From: Felis catus | Taxonomy: Eukaryota | Assembly: GCF_018350175.1 (NCBI RefSeq) | Contig: NC_058382.1 | Span: 60,576,001-60,640,000, forward strand | Direction of reading: 5' to 3' | DNA: 64,000 nucleotides | In this document: in pieces, positions 12,496-23,000 of the stretch | Layout: the number at the start of each line of letters is the position of its first letter | Position numbering within the stretch: the stretch's first letter is position 1 | Translations under genes and position numbers: made by a program | Notes under the pieces: generated by a model | What the model saw: the letters and a program-made list of their open reading frames with translations, nothing else | The model's database searches: none | What the model was told of the DNA's origin: nothing

Positions 12496-15400
12496 GTATT
12501 TTGATAAGCAGCCGTCTCGCCCCGGTGGTGATTACGTGGACCCGGGCCCCCACTGTCGCCCACCCCACGGCGCCCGCTGGGCCCACCTGGCAGGTTAGCG
12601 GCCTCCAGCTGCTGGAGGCTGGGGACACGGGGGCCCCCCCTGGGTGGGGCACCTCGTGTCCTCGGGGGGGACCTGGCCCCGGCAGGGCTTCATGAACACT
12701 CCAGCCAGCCGGTGGCCGCCTTTCCCCAAGGTGGATCCCGGGGCGGAGAGGCCAGGAGGGACAACCGTCAGGCTAGGCCGGCCCTGCCCGGAAGCTCTTG
12801 TGCAGTCGGCGGAGTGGCCGCGCCCCCGGGTGCGCTGAGCTGAGCGGGAGACGTCCCGCCGCAGAGCACGGGCGGACCGTGAGGTCTGAGCGAGGCTGTG
12901 CTCACGCTCTCCCCTGGAGAGCCCCATCGGGGCCAGGGCCACGGAGCGCGGACGCCTTCTGGTGTGGATTAAACTCGCAGAGGAGTGCCGTGGCCTCGGG
13001 GCGCCCCCACGTCGCGGTGCCCTCCTGCCCCCAGGCTGCTTTGAAACAAGGTCTCAGGTGCTGCACACGCCCTGGAGCCCGTGCTGCCGTCCCCGTCCTG
13101 GTGCTGGGGGGCGCTTCACGGTGCCCGGGTCGGGAGCTGGGTCCAGCACCAGTGCGCTCGGGTGCTCGGCCGCAGGGCTGGCTGGCTGTCAGAGCGAGGG
13201 GCCCGGTGGGGGGTGTACTGCCAGACCGGCCACACCACCAAGCGTCCTGAGCGGGTCGCGCTCCGGTTTCCGTCCACATCCTGCGGGAATGGGGATTCCT
13301 CTCCCGACACGGTGGCCTCGATTACGTGTCGCGGCAACTTTCCAAAGCTTGTCTGGTTTGCCATCGGGTCAAAGCCAGGTTCGGAGAGAACTCCCATCCT
13401 CTGAGTAGGTGGCCTTCCGGGACACAAAGCCAGAACCCGGGACAGCTTGGGGGCCAGCCTGTCCCGATGTGCGCTGTGCCCCTGGGCTGCCGGACCCCGC
13501 AACCGGCCGGCAGTGACAGCCACTGTAAAGCCGGGAGCCCCCAGGGGAGCCCACCACCCAGCCGTGTGCGCTCCCCTCCTTGCCCCGCCACCCCGACCCG
13601 GCTCGAGCCGGAGCCCTGGGTCCGCTCCACCCCAGCCTGGTCGAAACTGACAGTTTGGAACTTGCCGCCTGGGCTCATGGCTCCTCTTGGCTAGACTTAG
13701 CAGGTGCCTGTCCGGGGAAGGGTAAGAGCCGCACCCCAAGCCAACTCTCCCCCGCCCAGTCTGGTGGAAAGAACATTCTGGGCCGGGCGTCTGGGAAAAG
13801 GAAGGCCTCTGTTATGTAATGGGTCCTCGGGCATCCTTGCCTCCAGGGAACACGATGGCTGAGATCCTGGCTCGTGTGGTTAACGTGTAAAACAGTGGGG
13901 ATAATGAAGGGTCGTCCCTCCACTTCCGTGTCTGTCCCCTAGGCCGCCCCCCGTGTCCAGGTACGGTCTTCACAGCTAGGGGGGCCCCGCCACGTGACAC
14001 GTGCTGACCTATCCCCTCCGACGCCTGCTTGCCTTTCCTCCCACCCGAGGGCCTTTGCACATGCTGCTTCCCGTTCTTGGAACTCTGACCTCACTCACCG
14101 CTCACGCTTCCTCTGGCCACTCAGACCAGGCCTGCCCCGTCCCCTCAGCCACCCCTGCAGCACCCCGGTGGGCCCTCCCACCTTCCTCCCCCAGCCAGCC
14201 TGCCCCTGCGCCAAGCCCCCCTGCCCTCTCTCCTCCTCTCTCTCAAGTGGATGAAAGCAAGACGGAAGGGTTTTATTTTCTAATTTATATTTTCGTCACT
14301 GAAACGTGAAACACCATCTCCAACGTCATGAGGGAAAACGGGCTAACGTGGCAGGTCGGTCTGGTGAAAATGCAGTTTCTGTGGGTTTCCCGCTGGTCGT
14401 TCAGAGCAGCCCCCCCTGCAGTCATTACGTCTCGGCTGGACATGCCCTCCTGCACCCTCCCCTGTACCCAGTTCCCCCGGACCTCCGCCTCCTCCTGCTC
14501 CCGCCCCTCCCCTGCTCTCCCTACACCCAGCCTCCCCCCAGTGACCGTTGCCACCAGCCCACAGGCGGCCTCGCTCAGCAGGAGGGGCTCAGCCTGTGGT
14601 GCTCAGGGGTTTCAGAGCTGAAGGAGGCCTGTGTTCCAAGGGGCATGGTTTGAGGGCGGGGCCTTGTGGGACACCGCCTCCGGGATGCCCTCCGACTTCC
14701 TCTGGTGGTGCCTTTCCAGTCTTGCCCAACCCAGGACTTCTGTGCTTGCCTCAGCCACCCGCAGGAATGAGGTGCCACCTGGGCCCCCGCCCTGCATCCT
14801 TGCAACCTTGATGTCAGGCTGGCCAGGACCCCCGGCCCCCCCGGGCCCTTCCCCTGCCCCTGGTCCCCTTGAGCAGCGTCTACCCCCGGAACTGGCTGTC
14901 AGGACCACGGGGAACAGTGCTGGGTGGCCCTGGTGTCACAAAGCGGGGGGAACGCACAGCCTGGCCCCCGGTTCCTCCACTGGACGCGGCGCCCACCCGG
15001 TGGGCCGTTTGGAAAAGACACACAAGATGCTGACACGCATCTCGCGGGGGGCTGGTGTGGGCAGGGGGCAAGGCTGGGGCCTCGCGGGTGTGGACCCCCT
15101 GGCAGCCACGGCATATTCTTCAGTTCATAAAGAAGACCCGTGTGCATGTGTGGCCAGACCCCCCTGGCCAAAGGGCAGCGAGAGCCCCTCACACGTCGCA
15201 CCTCCCCCCCCCAGCCTCCAGGCCGGGGTCAATCTGCCAGCGCCCCGCGACTGGGGCGCCGTCCCCCCACTCTCCTCCCTGGGGACCCGGGCTCAGCCCC
15301 TTCCCCCCATTCTGCGGCACTTACGGGACGCCGAGGCGCCAGGGGCAGCTCTGTGCCGGGGCCGTGGCGGGTGCGCCACCCCACTGTCCCTGCCCTCAAG

Positions 15401-15539
15401 GGAGGAGACCCCCGAGCACCCCTGCAGGTGCAGGGGGCAGCCGTCGGCTCGGCCCGGGGAGGCTCTTCCTGGAGAGCTGGCCTGGGCTGACACACAGAGC
15501 ACAGCAGCCAGCATCCGCCCTGCAGAGGCGGTCACGGGC

Positions 15540-15935
15540 TCAGCGGTGTCCCCCCCAAAATACGTCCACGTCCTGGCCCCGGTGCCTTTGGAGAACGTGC
15601 CCTTATCCAGGAAAAGGGTCCTGGCAGATGCAGCTATGGTAAAGGCCTTGAGATGGGATCATTCTGACTGAGGTGAGTGTCCTCACGCAGAAGGCGAGAT
15701 GGGGGCACAGGGGAGGGGCCGTGACGTGGCCGCAAGCCAAGGGACCCTGGGAATCAGCAGCAGCCAGGAGAAGCGAGAAGAGGTGGGACGGGTCCTCCCT
15801 CGGAGACCCCAGATGCCACTTACCCTGCCGACAATATGATTTCAGACCCCGGCCTCCAAACTGTGGGAACAAATATCTGCTACCTTAAGCCCTCAGTGTG
15901 TGGTACTTTGTCGAAGCCGCTCTAGCAAACTAATG
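15540..15935 (+). mobile_element. MLT1-type (ERVL-MaLR) solo LTR
   Basis: Typical MLT1 motifs: ccccaaaatacgtccacgtcct...ggaaaagggtc...gcagatg...cttgagatggg...aactgtggg...taagcc...gtggtactttgt...aactaat. Confidence 0.7.
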
Positions 15936-16825
15936 CAGGTGGTGATCTCCCCATTGCAGGAGGTATGCAAGCAGAGGGCTGGGGCGCTGGAGGGAGGACC
16001 AGCCCTGGGGACTCAATGCATCTATCCCTCCATCGGAAGCAGCGTTTCCTCCAGGCCAGCGAGGGACAAGGGTCTCCCTTAACCCTGTCCTGCTCCGCGG
16101 GACACAGGCCCAGCAAGCCCACTGACAGGTGCAGACGCCAGGAGAGCCCTCCTCCCTCAAGGGGTCTCCGCGTCCCTGGAGTCTCAGGTGGCGCCTGCCT
16201 GGTGCGGATGCTGGCCACTGCCCGCATGTGGGCAGGCAGGGTCCTGGGACGGCAGGGGACGCCCTCCCGCCACCCTCAGACGCTATTCTTCTGGGGGACG
16301 CTTCAGATTCTGATATGAGGGACCAGGACGCACAGGGCCCTGGGTCTTGGTGGGTGACCAGGGGACCCGGGGGGTGGTGTCCAAACCCCAGTCATTCAAA
16401 GCTTCACCAGACCACCTCCCACTGTCCTTTCCAGGGTAACAAAGGCACCCGGCGCTGTCACCCCACAGCCCCACGGCCCAGCTCCTGGAGTGCCTTCTGG
16501 AATGTCTCCCACCTGTGCAGGAGGGGGCGGGCACCGATGCCCCTCCTGGAACGTTGGCTACAAACAGGACCGACCTCGCGTCCACAACCTGGGGGACCGG
16601 CCCCCGAGGAGCTCCGTGCGGCACTGTGAGTGACGGAGGCCACCCCGGCTGCCCGGCCCACGGCTCCCCGTGGCCAAAACATCCCGGCCCGTCCATCGGC
16701 AGTGGCCAGCCTGGGGCAGGGTCCCTCCGGGCGGGGGAGGGAGAGGAGGAGGGGGGTGGGCACGGGCCCGCCCTGGGCGGGGAGGAGACAGGGGCACCCA
16801 CCGGGAGGGGAGGAGGAAGCTCAGC

Positions 16826-16884
16826 GGGCACTTCCCCGGGAGGAAGCGGCCCGGATTTCCCCCAGGTGTGGCTGGAGGTATAAA
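16826..16884 (+). promoter_or_regulatory. IL17C proximal promoter: two kB-like sites and a TATA box
   Basis: GGGCACTTCC 16826-16835, CGGATTTCCC 16852-16861, TATAAA 16879-16884, about 80 nt upstream of the ATG. Confidence 0.75.
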
Positions 16885-16961
16885 GGGCGCCGGGAGCCGG
16901 GAGGCTCCAGGACCGCAGCCGGTGCACCTGCCTCTTGCAGCCCAGCGCCGCCGCCGCCACC

Positions 16962-16964
16962 ATG
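16962..16964 (+). CDS. IL17C: IL17C exon 1 coding part (ATG only)
   Basis: gccgccgccaccATG|gtgagc; phase 0 joins exon 2 in frame. Confidence 0.85.
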
Positions 16965-18199
16965 GTGAGCCGCCGCGTCTCCCCACGCCCCCACCTGGGC
17001 GGGGCCACCTGGCCCTGAAGGGCTGGTGGCTTCCCGCCCCCACTCGGAGGACGTTGGGATGGGGTCCAGGAAGCCCCCCAAGGCTGGGGACAGGAGGCAG
17101 CCGGGCCCCAGGAGCTCTGGTGCTCTGGGGAGCTCGGGCTGCAGGTCTAGCCCCAACTTGGGAGAGAGGGCTGTACCCCGTCTTTCCACAGGAAATAGGG
17201 CAAGCCGGGGCGGGGGGGTGGGCGGTGAGTGCCCCCTTCCCTGGGCGCCCCCTGACCTGCCTCCCCAATGCCTACCCGCCAGCTCCTCCCTGGCCTCTTG
17301 CTTCTGTTCTGGACGCCTGCCAGCCTGGCCCGCCACGGCCCCCAGCTCTGGGGGGGCCCCCACCCCCACGGGACCCCACGCTGCTACTCGGCCGAGGAGC
17401 TGCCTCTGGGCCAGCCCCCGCCGCATCTGCTGGCTCGAGCCGCCAAGTGGGAGCAGGCTTTGCCCGTGGCCCTGGTGTCCAGCCTGGAGGCGGGGGGCCG
17501 CAGGAGGCGGCACGACGGCCCCCCCGCTGGGACCCAGTGCCCGGTGCTGCGTCCTGAGGACGTGCTGGAAGCCGGCATCCACCAGCGTTCCATCTCCCCC
17601 TGGAGATACCGGTGAGGGCCGGGGGGCGCCCTGCGTGCTGGGGTCCCCGCTCCGTGCTGCTGGGCCATCCCCGCCCCCCTCTGAGCCTCAGCGTCTCCGC
17701 CTGTTAGATGGGACGGTCACCCCCAGGCCGGGCGGGTGGGGCCCCATCAGCAGGGCGCCTCCTTGCCGCTGCGGTGGGCAAGAGTCCGGCCCGGCTCGGT
17801 GGCCAGGGACGCCCGGGAGAATGCCGAGGTCCGCGCCTGAGCCCCTGCAGGGCTGGGCGGGTGGGGGGCGCTGGGCCGGGGAGGGGGGGAGGGGAGGGGG
17901 CTCGCTCACTGAGGCCCCGCCCCGTCTGTCCCCGCAGCGTGGACACGGACGAGAGCCGCTACCCGCAGAAGCTGGCCTTCGCCCAGTGCCTGTGCAGGGG
18001 CTGCGTCAGCGCCAGGACGGGCCGCGAGACGGCGGCGCTCAACTCGGTGCCGCTGCTGCAGAGCCTGTTGGTGCTGCGCCGCCAGCCCTGCTCGCGGGAG
18101 GCCACGGGGCTGCCCACGCCCGGGGCCTTCTCCTTCCACGCGGAGTTCATCCGCGTGCCCATCGGCTGCACCTGTGTCCTGCCCAGGTCGGCTCGGTGA
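16962..18199 (+). CDS. IL17C: Interleukin-17C (3 coding exons, 197 aa)
   Basis: join(16962..16964,17283..17611,17938..18199). M|LLPGLLLLFWTPASLA signal peptide, CYSAEELPLGQ, QRSISPWRY|RVDTDESRYPQKLAFAQCLCRGC ... VPIGCTCV (IL-17 cystine knot). GT-AG introns. Confidence 0.96.
17283..17611 (+). CDS. IL17C: IL17C exon 2
   Basis: cgccag|CTC...CG|gtgagg; 329 nt. Confidence 0.95.
17938..18199 (+). CDS. IL17C: IL17C exon 3
   Basis: ccgcag|C GTG GAC...; ends CTCVLPRSAR TGA. Confidence 0.95.
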
Positions 18200-18280
18200 G
18201 CCCCGGCCTCGGCCGGCGTCGCCTGCGCCCCCCCCACCCCGCGCTGGACAGTCGGGGGGCTCTCCCGGCAGGGCCCCCCT

Positions 18281-18309
18281 ATTTATGGGTATTTATTGCT
18301 TATTTATTT
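18281..18309 (+). promoter_or_regulatory. AU-rich elements in the IL17C 3'UTR
   Basis: Three ATTTA pentamers (18281, 18291, 18302) clustered in otherwise GC-rich sequence, typical of cytokine mRNAs. Confidence 0.7.
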
Positions 18310-19756
18310 GCCCCACGGTGTCCCCGGGCAGGTACCGAGGCTCCGGGCCTCGGGGCTGAGGAACGACGGCAGATGCCACGCCCCGAACGGTTGTGTCCCC
18401 CGTGCCTGGAGGGTGACTCTGCTGCTCGGGCCCATCTCGAGACTCGGTTTACCCTTTCTGCAAAAACACTTGGGCTGGAAGGACTCTTTGTCTTCTTCTA
18501 GAACTTTCTTAAACAACACGAACGGTGTTCTGATGACGCCTCCGTCTCGGTGTTCCCCCCGGGGCTCCCCTCACACCCTCCCTGGCCTCACGCTGCTCCC
18601 GGCCCCCCAAGCTACCCCTCCCCAGCCACCCAGAGGAAGAGGTACTCCTGTATTTCCGAAACAACTATTTTAAGTGTCAACGCGTCGTTAAATTGACAAA
18701 CGTCCCCCAGAGCACACTGTGGGAGGGCAGAGGGCGGCGGTTGAAGGCACCCCCTCCCCCTCACCCCTGCCTGGCCCTCGGCACCCAGCTGGTCCCGCGG
18801 GGGCAGCCACCGGCCCTAGATTCTCGTGTCCTCCCAGGAAGGTCCCAAGGTCGTCCACTTGGGAGATGTGCTTTGACACGGGTGTGCCCCACTGGCCCTG
18901 GCACCTGAGGGGCTCCCATTCTGGCCGTGTTGTGGCCAGGCCCTCCTCCACCAAGGGGACTCCCCCTCTGCCCCACAGACAGCGTCCGAGGGAACTCCTG
19001 GGGGAGTCCGCTCAGGGGGACACATCTCCAGCGTCTGAACGTCCCCTCCAGCCCCGCCAGAGACCTAGGCGGATCCGAAGGCCAGAGATCCTAGGCGGAT
19101 CTCGCTGCCTGGACGGCCCTGGGGCTTCGGCCCCCCAGCAGGGACCCGGCAGCCCTGAGGCCAGGCACCCCAGCCTCCTGCAGAGCGTCCTGGCTCACAG
19201 CGTGTCTATGCAGGTCACGGCCGGGGGCGCTCGGTGTGTGGCCTCAGCAGGTGTGGAGAGGGGTCCCGGGCAGCTCTGGCTCGGCCACACCCCCCTCAGA
19301 GCCTCAGTTTCCCCAGCCTAAGGGGTGACTGCCGTAGGGGCTGCAGGGCTCTTTTCAGAAGCTCCCTGATGGATGGACCACTTTCACCCCCGATCAAGGT
19401 CCGCTGTGTTCAAACAAGCCCGCGGGAGGTGTTCGGGGTGATCTTTGTGTGGGGTCTGAAGGACACTCTGCCCGTGGGTGGCCACACCAGTTGTCGGCTG
19501 GTGAAGGAGTGAAGGCCCCGGGGAGGGGGGAGGGGGGAGGGGCTTCCAAACTGAGGGTCCAGGAGGCCCAGAGGCCACCTGAGCAGGGACCAGCCTTGCA
19601 GTAGAGGGAACAGCCTGTGTCTGGGGGGCAAGGGTCATCCCTGTGGCTGGAGTGGCAGGAGGGGGCGGGGGGGGGCGGCATCCGTCCTGGGCTGTGGGTT
19701 CAGTGAGGACAGGCGGGGGTAGGGGAGGCAGAGGGGCGGGGAGCGCCCATCCTGGA

Positions 19757-19837
19757 TTTATTTATGCAGAAGGCAGAGCTGGGATTGGGTGTGGTGTGCA
19801 CACGGGGAGTCAGGGAGCCTGCTCTCCATGGTTTATT
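19757..19837 (-). terminator. CYBA tandem polyadenylation signals
   Basis: Minus-strand AATAAA at 19832-19837 and 19757-19762, about 35 and 110 nt after the stop codon. Confidence 0.75.
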
Positions 19838-19872
19838 TTGGGAGCCACGCGGGGGACGGCCGGAGACGCCCG

Positions 19873-20088
19873 TCACACGACCTCGTCGACCACCGGGACC
19901 GGGTTCTCCTGAGGGCCGCCGGAAACGCCTGCCGATGCCGCGGCCTCCTCCTCGTTGGACTTCTTTCGGGCCTCGGCCGGGGGCCGGGGCGGGGGGTTGC
20001 TGGGCGGCTGCTTGATGGTGCCCCCGACCTGCGGCCGCTCCTTGGGCTTGGGCTCGATGGGGGTCCACTGCTCTCCGTGGAAGGCTGC
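19873..20088 (-). CDS. CYBA: CYBA exon 6
   Basis: ctgcag|[40 protein letters not shown]...VVDEVV*. Confidence 0.96.
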   Translation of the reverse strand, partial: AAFHGEQWTPIEPKPKERPQVGGTIKQPPSNPPPRPPAEARKKSNEEEAAASAGVSGGPQENPVPVVDEVV

Positions 20089-23000
20089 CTGCAGGACACA
20101 GAGAAGCCGGGTCACAGATGGGCTGCCCTGGCCCCCCGGAGGCCAGCTCTGCCCCGCCCCCGGGAACTGGGCAGGACCCACGTGTGAACCCACTAAGTCC
20201 AGAGTGACAGCCAGGACCCCGGACTCCAGCTGCTTCATTATGGGGGGGGGGGACCCTGAAAGCGGGGCAGGGCGGGTAGAGGCCACTCCTAGGCACAGGC
20301 TCCAAGCCGGGGCTGGCCCCAACCAAGGCTGGGGCAGGGCAGGAGGCAGGCCTTTGTATCACACAATGTCTGGCAGGCCGGGCGTCTGCGAGGAGTGAGG
20401 GGCCCAGGAGGGCAGCCGAGGGGGGCGGGGGGGGAGGCGGGGCCTTTCTGCCCTGGAGCCTCCCCAGGGGCACCAGCCACGGTGAAGACCCCAGACTCTG
20501 GCTGAATGCAGACTCCTGGGCCCCGGGGCCCTACGGCAGGCCGGGACGGCCTGGGAACGTATGCTTTCCATCTGTACCCCACAATCCTCGATGGATAATA
20601 AAGGGTGGCATCACATCACTCATGAAGCAGAAGAATAAATGTCCCACCTCCGGACTTAAAACTAGCACATCCCCCCTGAAAAGTAAACCACACTGCCCAT
20701 ACGAGAGAGTGCAGGCAAATGTGGTTTGCAGGGGAGGGGGGAGGGGGGGAGGCAGGGGCGGGGCGGGGGGGTGGGGCGGGGAAAATGCACAAACCAGAAA
20801 GCAGACGCAGGTGAACCTCTGCTCCTCCGCCCAGGGAAGGATTTCACAAAGTTAACAGACCCTTAAGGGGGGCGGGGGGAGCATTCAGCGTCAGACGCTC
20901 CCTCCCAAAGCCTCCACGATTAAAACATACATAAGGTTCCCCCAAATTAGTAAGGGACAGACGAACGAGCCATGGGAAAATGGGCAAATGACACGAACAG
21001 GCCCATTCCGAGAGGAAGGAAGGTCAGACAGGAGTCGAAAGCGGCCGTGGCCCGGCGCACCGGCGGTCAGGCGGGGTGGGCGTGTCCTGTGGGTGACCTC
21101 TGACCCAGCAGTTCCGCTGCTGCGGGTCCTTGAGGGGCCGGCCACGTGTGGAGGGTCCGGGGCTGGATGCGGGCGACGCCACGACCGCAGTGGGGAGAGC
21201 GGCCGGCCGGCCGGCAGGAAGGGCTCTCTAGCGGGAGCACGGGGCGGGCGGGAACGGCCCACAAGGGTCAGAGCCCAGACGTCACGCCGCCCCGTCCCAA
21301 AGAACACGTGCGAACACCAGCGTAGTCATCCAGCAGAGAGATCGGGAGCACCCTCCCCGGAGCCCGTGCGGGAGGACCGTCCACGGTCGCCCGCCGCCCT
21401 TCTACAAAGCCTGACCACGGGGCCTTCGCACGCGTCCCAACCAGGCAAACCCGACGGGGCGCTCTGGAAAATGTCCGCGTGGCATCGGCACCCCTAACGA
21501 GCTCCGAGGAAGCGCTCCTTGACGGCGCCCCAAGTCGGAGCAAGGACGGTTTGGCCGAGAGAAGAGTGACGATGATGCCAATCCGGTTGGGCCCTGGCTG
21601 GCCGTGTGACCCGGGCCAGCCACGTCACCTCTCTGAGTTTCTACTTCCTCATCTGTAAAGCGGGGCCCCCGCCACCCACCTCGGAGGGCCGGGTGTGGAC
21701 AAAGGAACCAGCACGCTTTATGCGTGCCATACGTGGCGACTACGGTCGTCAGGACCCCGCCCCGGCACGAGCAAGGACACGGGCTCGGCCTTGGCTCTGC
21801 CTGCACAGCTGGCTTTGGGGACGGGGGTGGCACGTGCCAGGGGGCGAACCACAGGGGATGCCACTCACCAGCAGATAGATGCTGCTCGCGATGGCCAGGC
21901 AGGCTGTCCCCAGGATGGTGGCAAGCAGGAAGCCGGCAGGTACCGAGAGCCTGGGGAGGGGTGGCGGGGAGGTGAGAGGGGGTCTGCGGCCCCAGGCCTT
22001 GGCCTCAGGACGGGGCCAACTGTAGGTGTGCGGGCCCCGGGACTGCACGGAGGACACACCCAGTCCTGCCCAAGGCTGGGTCCCATAACCTGCTCTCTGC
22101 TTCCGCTTGTACCTTAGCAACTCTTGGGGTGCTGGCGCTTGGCCCCCGCCACCATGCCGGAAGGAAGCCGTGTAACAGCGGGGGCCTGTGTTTGCAGCCT
22201 CCCCGGCGGTTAAGCCCCAGACACTGGCGCGGGGCCGTGAGCGGGGCCACCCGGGAGAGCCGGTCGGCTCGGACCCTATTCTTGATTCAAGCTACGGAGG
22301 GTGGAATAAGTCCTTACGCAGCATGAGATGACACACACAGGTGTGGGGAGCCTCTGGCAGGACCCAGGACCCGCGCTTTGGTCTGGAAAAGTCTCTGACT
22401 CGGTGGAAGCCAGGTGGGTGTGGGAGCTTGCTCACCCCAGGTGCAGGATGGCCCGGATGTAGTAGTTCCTGGAGAGAGGTCCCAACACCTTCACCACTTT
22501 GGTCAGGTACTTCTGTCCGCTGGGCACACGGGGAGAGAAGACAGACCGTGTCCTGCTCAGCAGCCCCCACCCACCCCACCCCAGCGTACCCCAGCTCCTC
22601 CCCCCCCAGGGACCGAGGGGCCTCGGAAGCCGGGCGCGCTCCGGCCTGCCTGCCCAGGAGGAGCGGCCTCCCCTGGTGGGTCGGGCCCGGCCCCCAGAGC
22701 AGGGCGGCACACTCACCATCTCTCCATGGTGGACCCCTTTCTCCTCTTCCCGCGGGGGTACTCCAGCAGGCAGATGAAGACACCCGCTACGCTGACGTGC
22801 CGTTAAGGAACAGCCGAGCTCAGCCCGGGGGCCAGAGTGAGCCCCCTGTGCCGACGAGAAAACAGAGAGGTGCAGCTGCTGCCTGGAGGTCACACAGCTG
22901 GGAAACAGCCGGGCAGGGTTTGGACAGGCCTGGCCACTCTGCTGCCCGTCCTGAGCCCTCGGTCCCCTGGCGCCTGCCTCGGCTGGCCGGTCACAGCCGG

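Noticed and set aside
17026..18501. 491-aa plus-strand ORF over IL17C
   Set aside because: Out-of-frame read through GC-rich exons and introns; Pro/Gly/Arg/Ala-rich with no domain.
22505..22512. Tyr at the CYBA position of the human His72Tyr polymorphism
   Set aside because: Tyr is, as I recall, the common state in non-human mammals, so it is not unusual.
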